From Escherichia coli (GTDB taxonomy: Bacteria; Pseudomonadota; Gammaproteobacteria; Enterobacterales; Enterobacteriaceae), in NCBI RefSeq assembly GCF_041886205.1, contig NZ_CP169029.1: a DNA stretch of 64,000 nt; one strand, given 5' to 3'. The notes beneath the pieces are model-generated. The model was not told where the DNA came from. It saw only the letters and a list, made by a program, of their open reading frames with translations, and ran no database searches. The first letter of the stretch is position 1. Every line of letters starts with the position of its first letter. Made by a program: the position numbers and the translations under genes. This document shows positions 63,241 through 64,000 of this stretch, one piece after another.

Positions 63241-63893
63241 TGATGAACATGAGTGATCGTATTCGCCAAAGGCGAAAAGAACTGAACCTGACACAACAAG
63301 CACTGGCTGATTTGACTGGTGTGAACCGTGTCACGGTTACTGGATGGGAAAAGGACGACTACCAACCAAATGGAGCCAACCTTCAAGCCCTAGCCAACGC
63401 ACTTAAATGCGATCCTCTGTGGCTTGTTAGCGGAAAAGGCTCGCCTGAACCAAAGATAAATCTAAAACCTGAAATATTCGCAGTTAAAAAAGTCCCCCTA
63501 ATCTCGTGGGTTCAGGCGGGTTCATGGACAATGACGGAGCCTGGTGTCAGGAAAGAAGATGCTGAAGAGTGGGTTTATACTACCGCCCTTGTATCAGAAA
63601 TGGCATTTGCACTACGGGTCCGTGGTGATTCAATGACCAATCCCCTCGGCTCACCATCGATACCAGAAGGTTCTATCGTTATCGTAGAGCCAGATATTAT
63701 TGATACAGAGTGTATTAACGGAAAAATCGTTGTTGCCCATATCAATGGTGGGCAAGAAGCGACACTCAAAAAATTTGTTGAGGACTGGCCGAACAGGTAT
63801 CTCGTCCCACTAAATCCTAACTATAAAACTATTGAATGCGGTGAGAACTGCAGAATAGTTGGTCTTGTCAAACAAGTAATAATGGATTTTTGA
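63240..63893 (+). CDS. CI-like prophage repressor (HTH_XRE plus S24 LexA-type autopeptidase)
   Basis: 217 aa. N-terminal IRQRRKELNLTQQALADLTGVNRVTVTGWE. C-terminal ...FALRVRGDSMTNP... (S24 Ser) and a later Lys region. Confidence 0.88.
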   Translation: MMNMSDRIRQRRKELNLTQQALADLTGVNRVTVTGWEKDDYQPNGANLQALANALKCDPLWLVSGKGSPEPKINLKPEIFAVKKVPLISWVQAGSWTMTEPGVRKEDAEEWVYTTALVSEMAFALRVRGDSMTNPLGSPSIPEGSIVIVEPDIIDTECINGKIVVAHINGGQEATLKKFVEDWPNRYLVPLNPNYKTIECGENCRIVGLVKQVIMDF

Positions 63894-63913
63894 CACATCT
63901 TCCTCACTATCGC

Positions 63914-63939
63914 AAAACCGGGGTATCCCCGGTTTTTTT
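63914..63939 (+). terminator. Terminator of the repressor gene
   Basis: AAAACCGGGG-TAT-CCCCGGTTTTTTT. Confidence 0.8.
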
Positions 63940-63956
63940 ATGAGCCTATCTTTTTA

Positions 63957-64000
63957 TGTAGGATAACCAACATAAACTCTTGACACTCACATGTTGGATA
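63957..64000 (+). promoter_or_regulatory. Second operator cluster with an outward TTGACA -35 (OL/PL-like), truncated by the window edge
   Basis: TGTAGGATAACCAACA at 63957-63972 (same operator family), TTGACA at 63980-63985, and the start of another site TGTTGGATA at 63992-64000. Confidence 0.6.

Larger units (their letters stand above)
29900..64000. mobile_element. dusA-integrated mosaic prophage (left junction approximate; right end beyond the window)
   Basis: An integrase lies next to the dusA 5' end. It is followed by contiguous tail, head, terminase, lysis, antiterminator, replication and immunity modules up to base 64000. The crossover probably lies inside the first ~30-40 dusA codons and cannot be placed without attR or attB. 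Confidence 0.9.

Overview
The window has two parts. Calls rest on reading the sequence and ORF track and on remembered family motifs; no database search was run.

**Part 1, about 1-29.9 kb: ordinary Escherichia coli core chromosome.** It lies in reverse orientation relative to the K-12 map. Gene order is nrfE'(partial)-nrfDCBA, acs-yjcH-actP, yjcF, yjcE, ghxP, sraL, soxR/soxS, pdeC, yjcB, ssb/uvrA, yjbR, yjbQ, aphA, yjbS, tyrB, alr, dnaB, qorA, pspG, dusA. The expected regulatory landmarks are present: SoxR box, ssb/uvrA SOS box, REP elements and a sigma54 pspG promoter.

**Part 2, about 29.9 kb to the window end: a prophage inserted in the 5' end of dusA.** It continues past base 64000. It is a mosaic with these modules:
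- dusA-type tyrosine integrase
- SOS-boxed DinI-like gene
- accessory cargo slot
- Gin/Pin-type invertase with an invertible tail-fibre segment
- Mu-like contractile tail and baseplate
- HK97-like head with HNH and terminase genes
- lysis cassette
- Q-like antiterminator with a lambda PR'-like promoter and terminator
- nin-like region (DUF968, KilA-N, RusA)
- O-like initiator with in-gene iterons
- e14-like ymfL/ymfM, cro and an S24 cI repressor with GTAGG-N4-CCTAC operators

**Most interesting candidates:**
1. An orphan ClpP/SDH-fold serine protease with a long acidic tail (32844-33848). It sits in a cassette bounded by about 63-bp direct repeats, has an IS903 element 55 bp upstream, and carries an overlapping alternative-frame ORF.
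2. An AT-rich secreted-protein moron, with its own terminator, wedged between the tape-measure and DNA-circulation genes.
3. A LexA DNA-binding-domain-only protein in the early operon.
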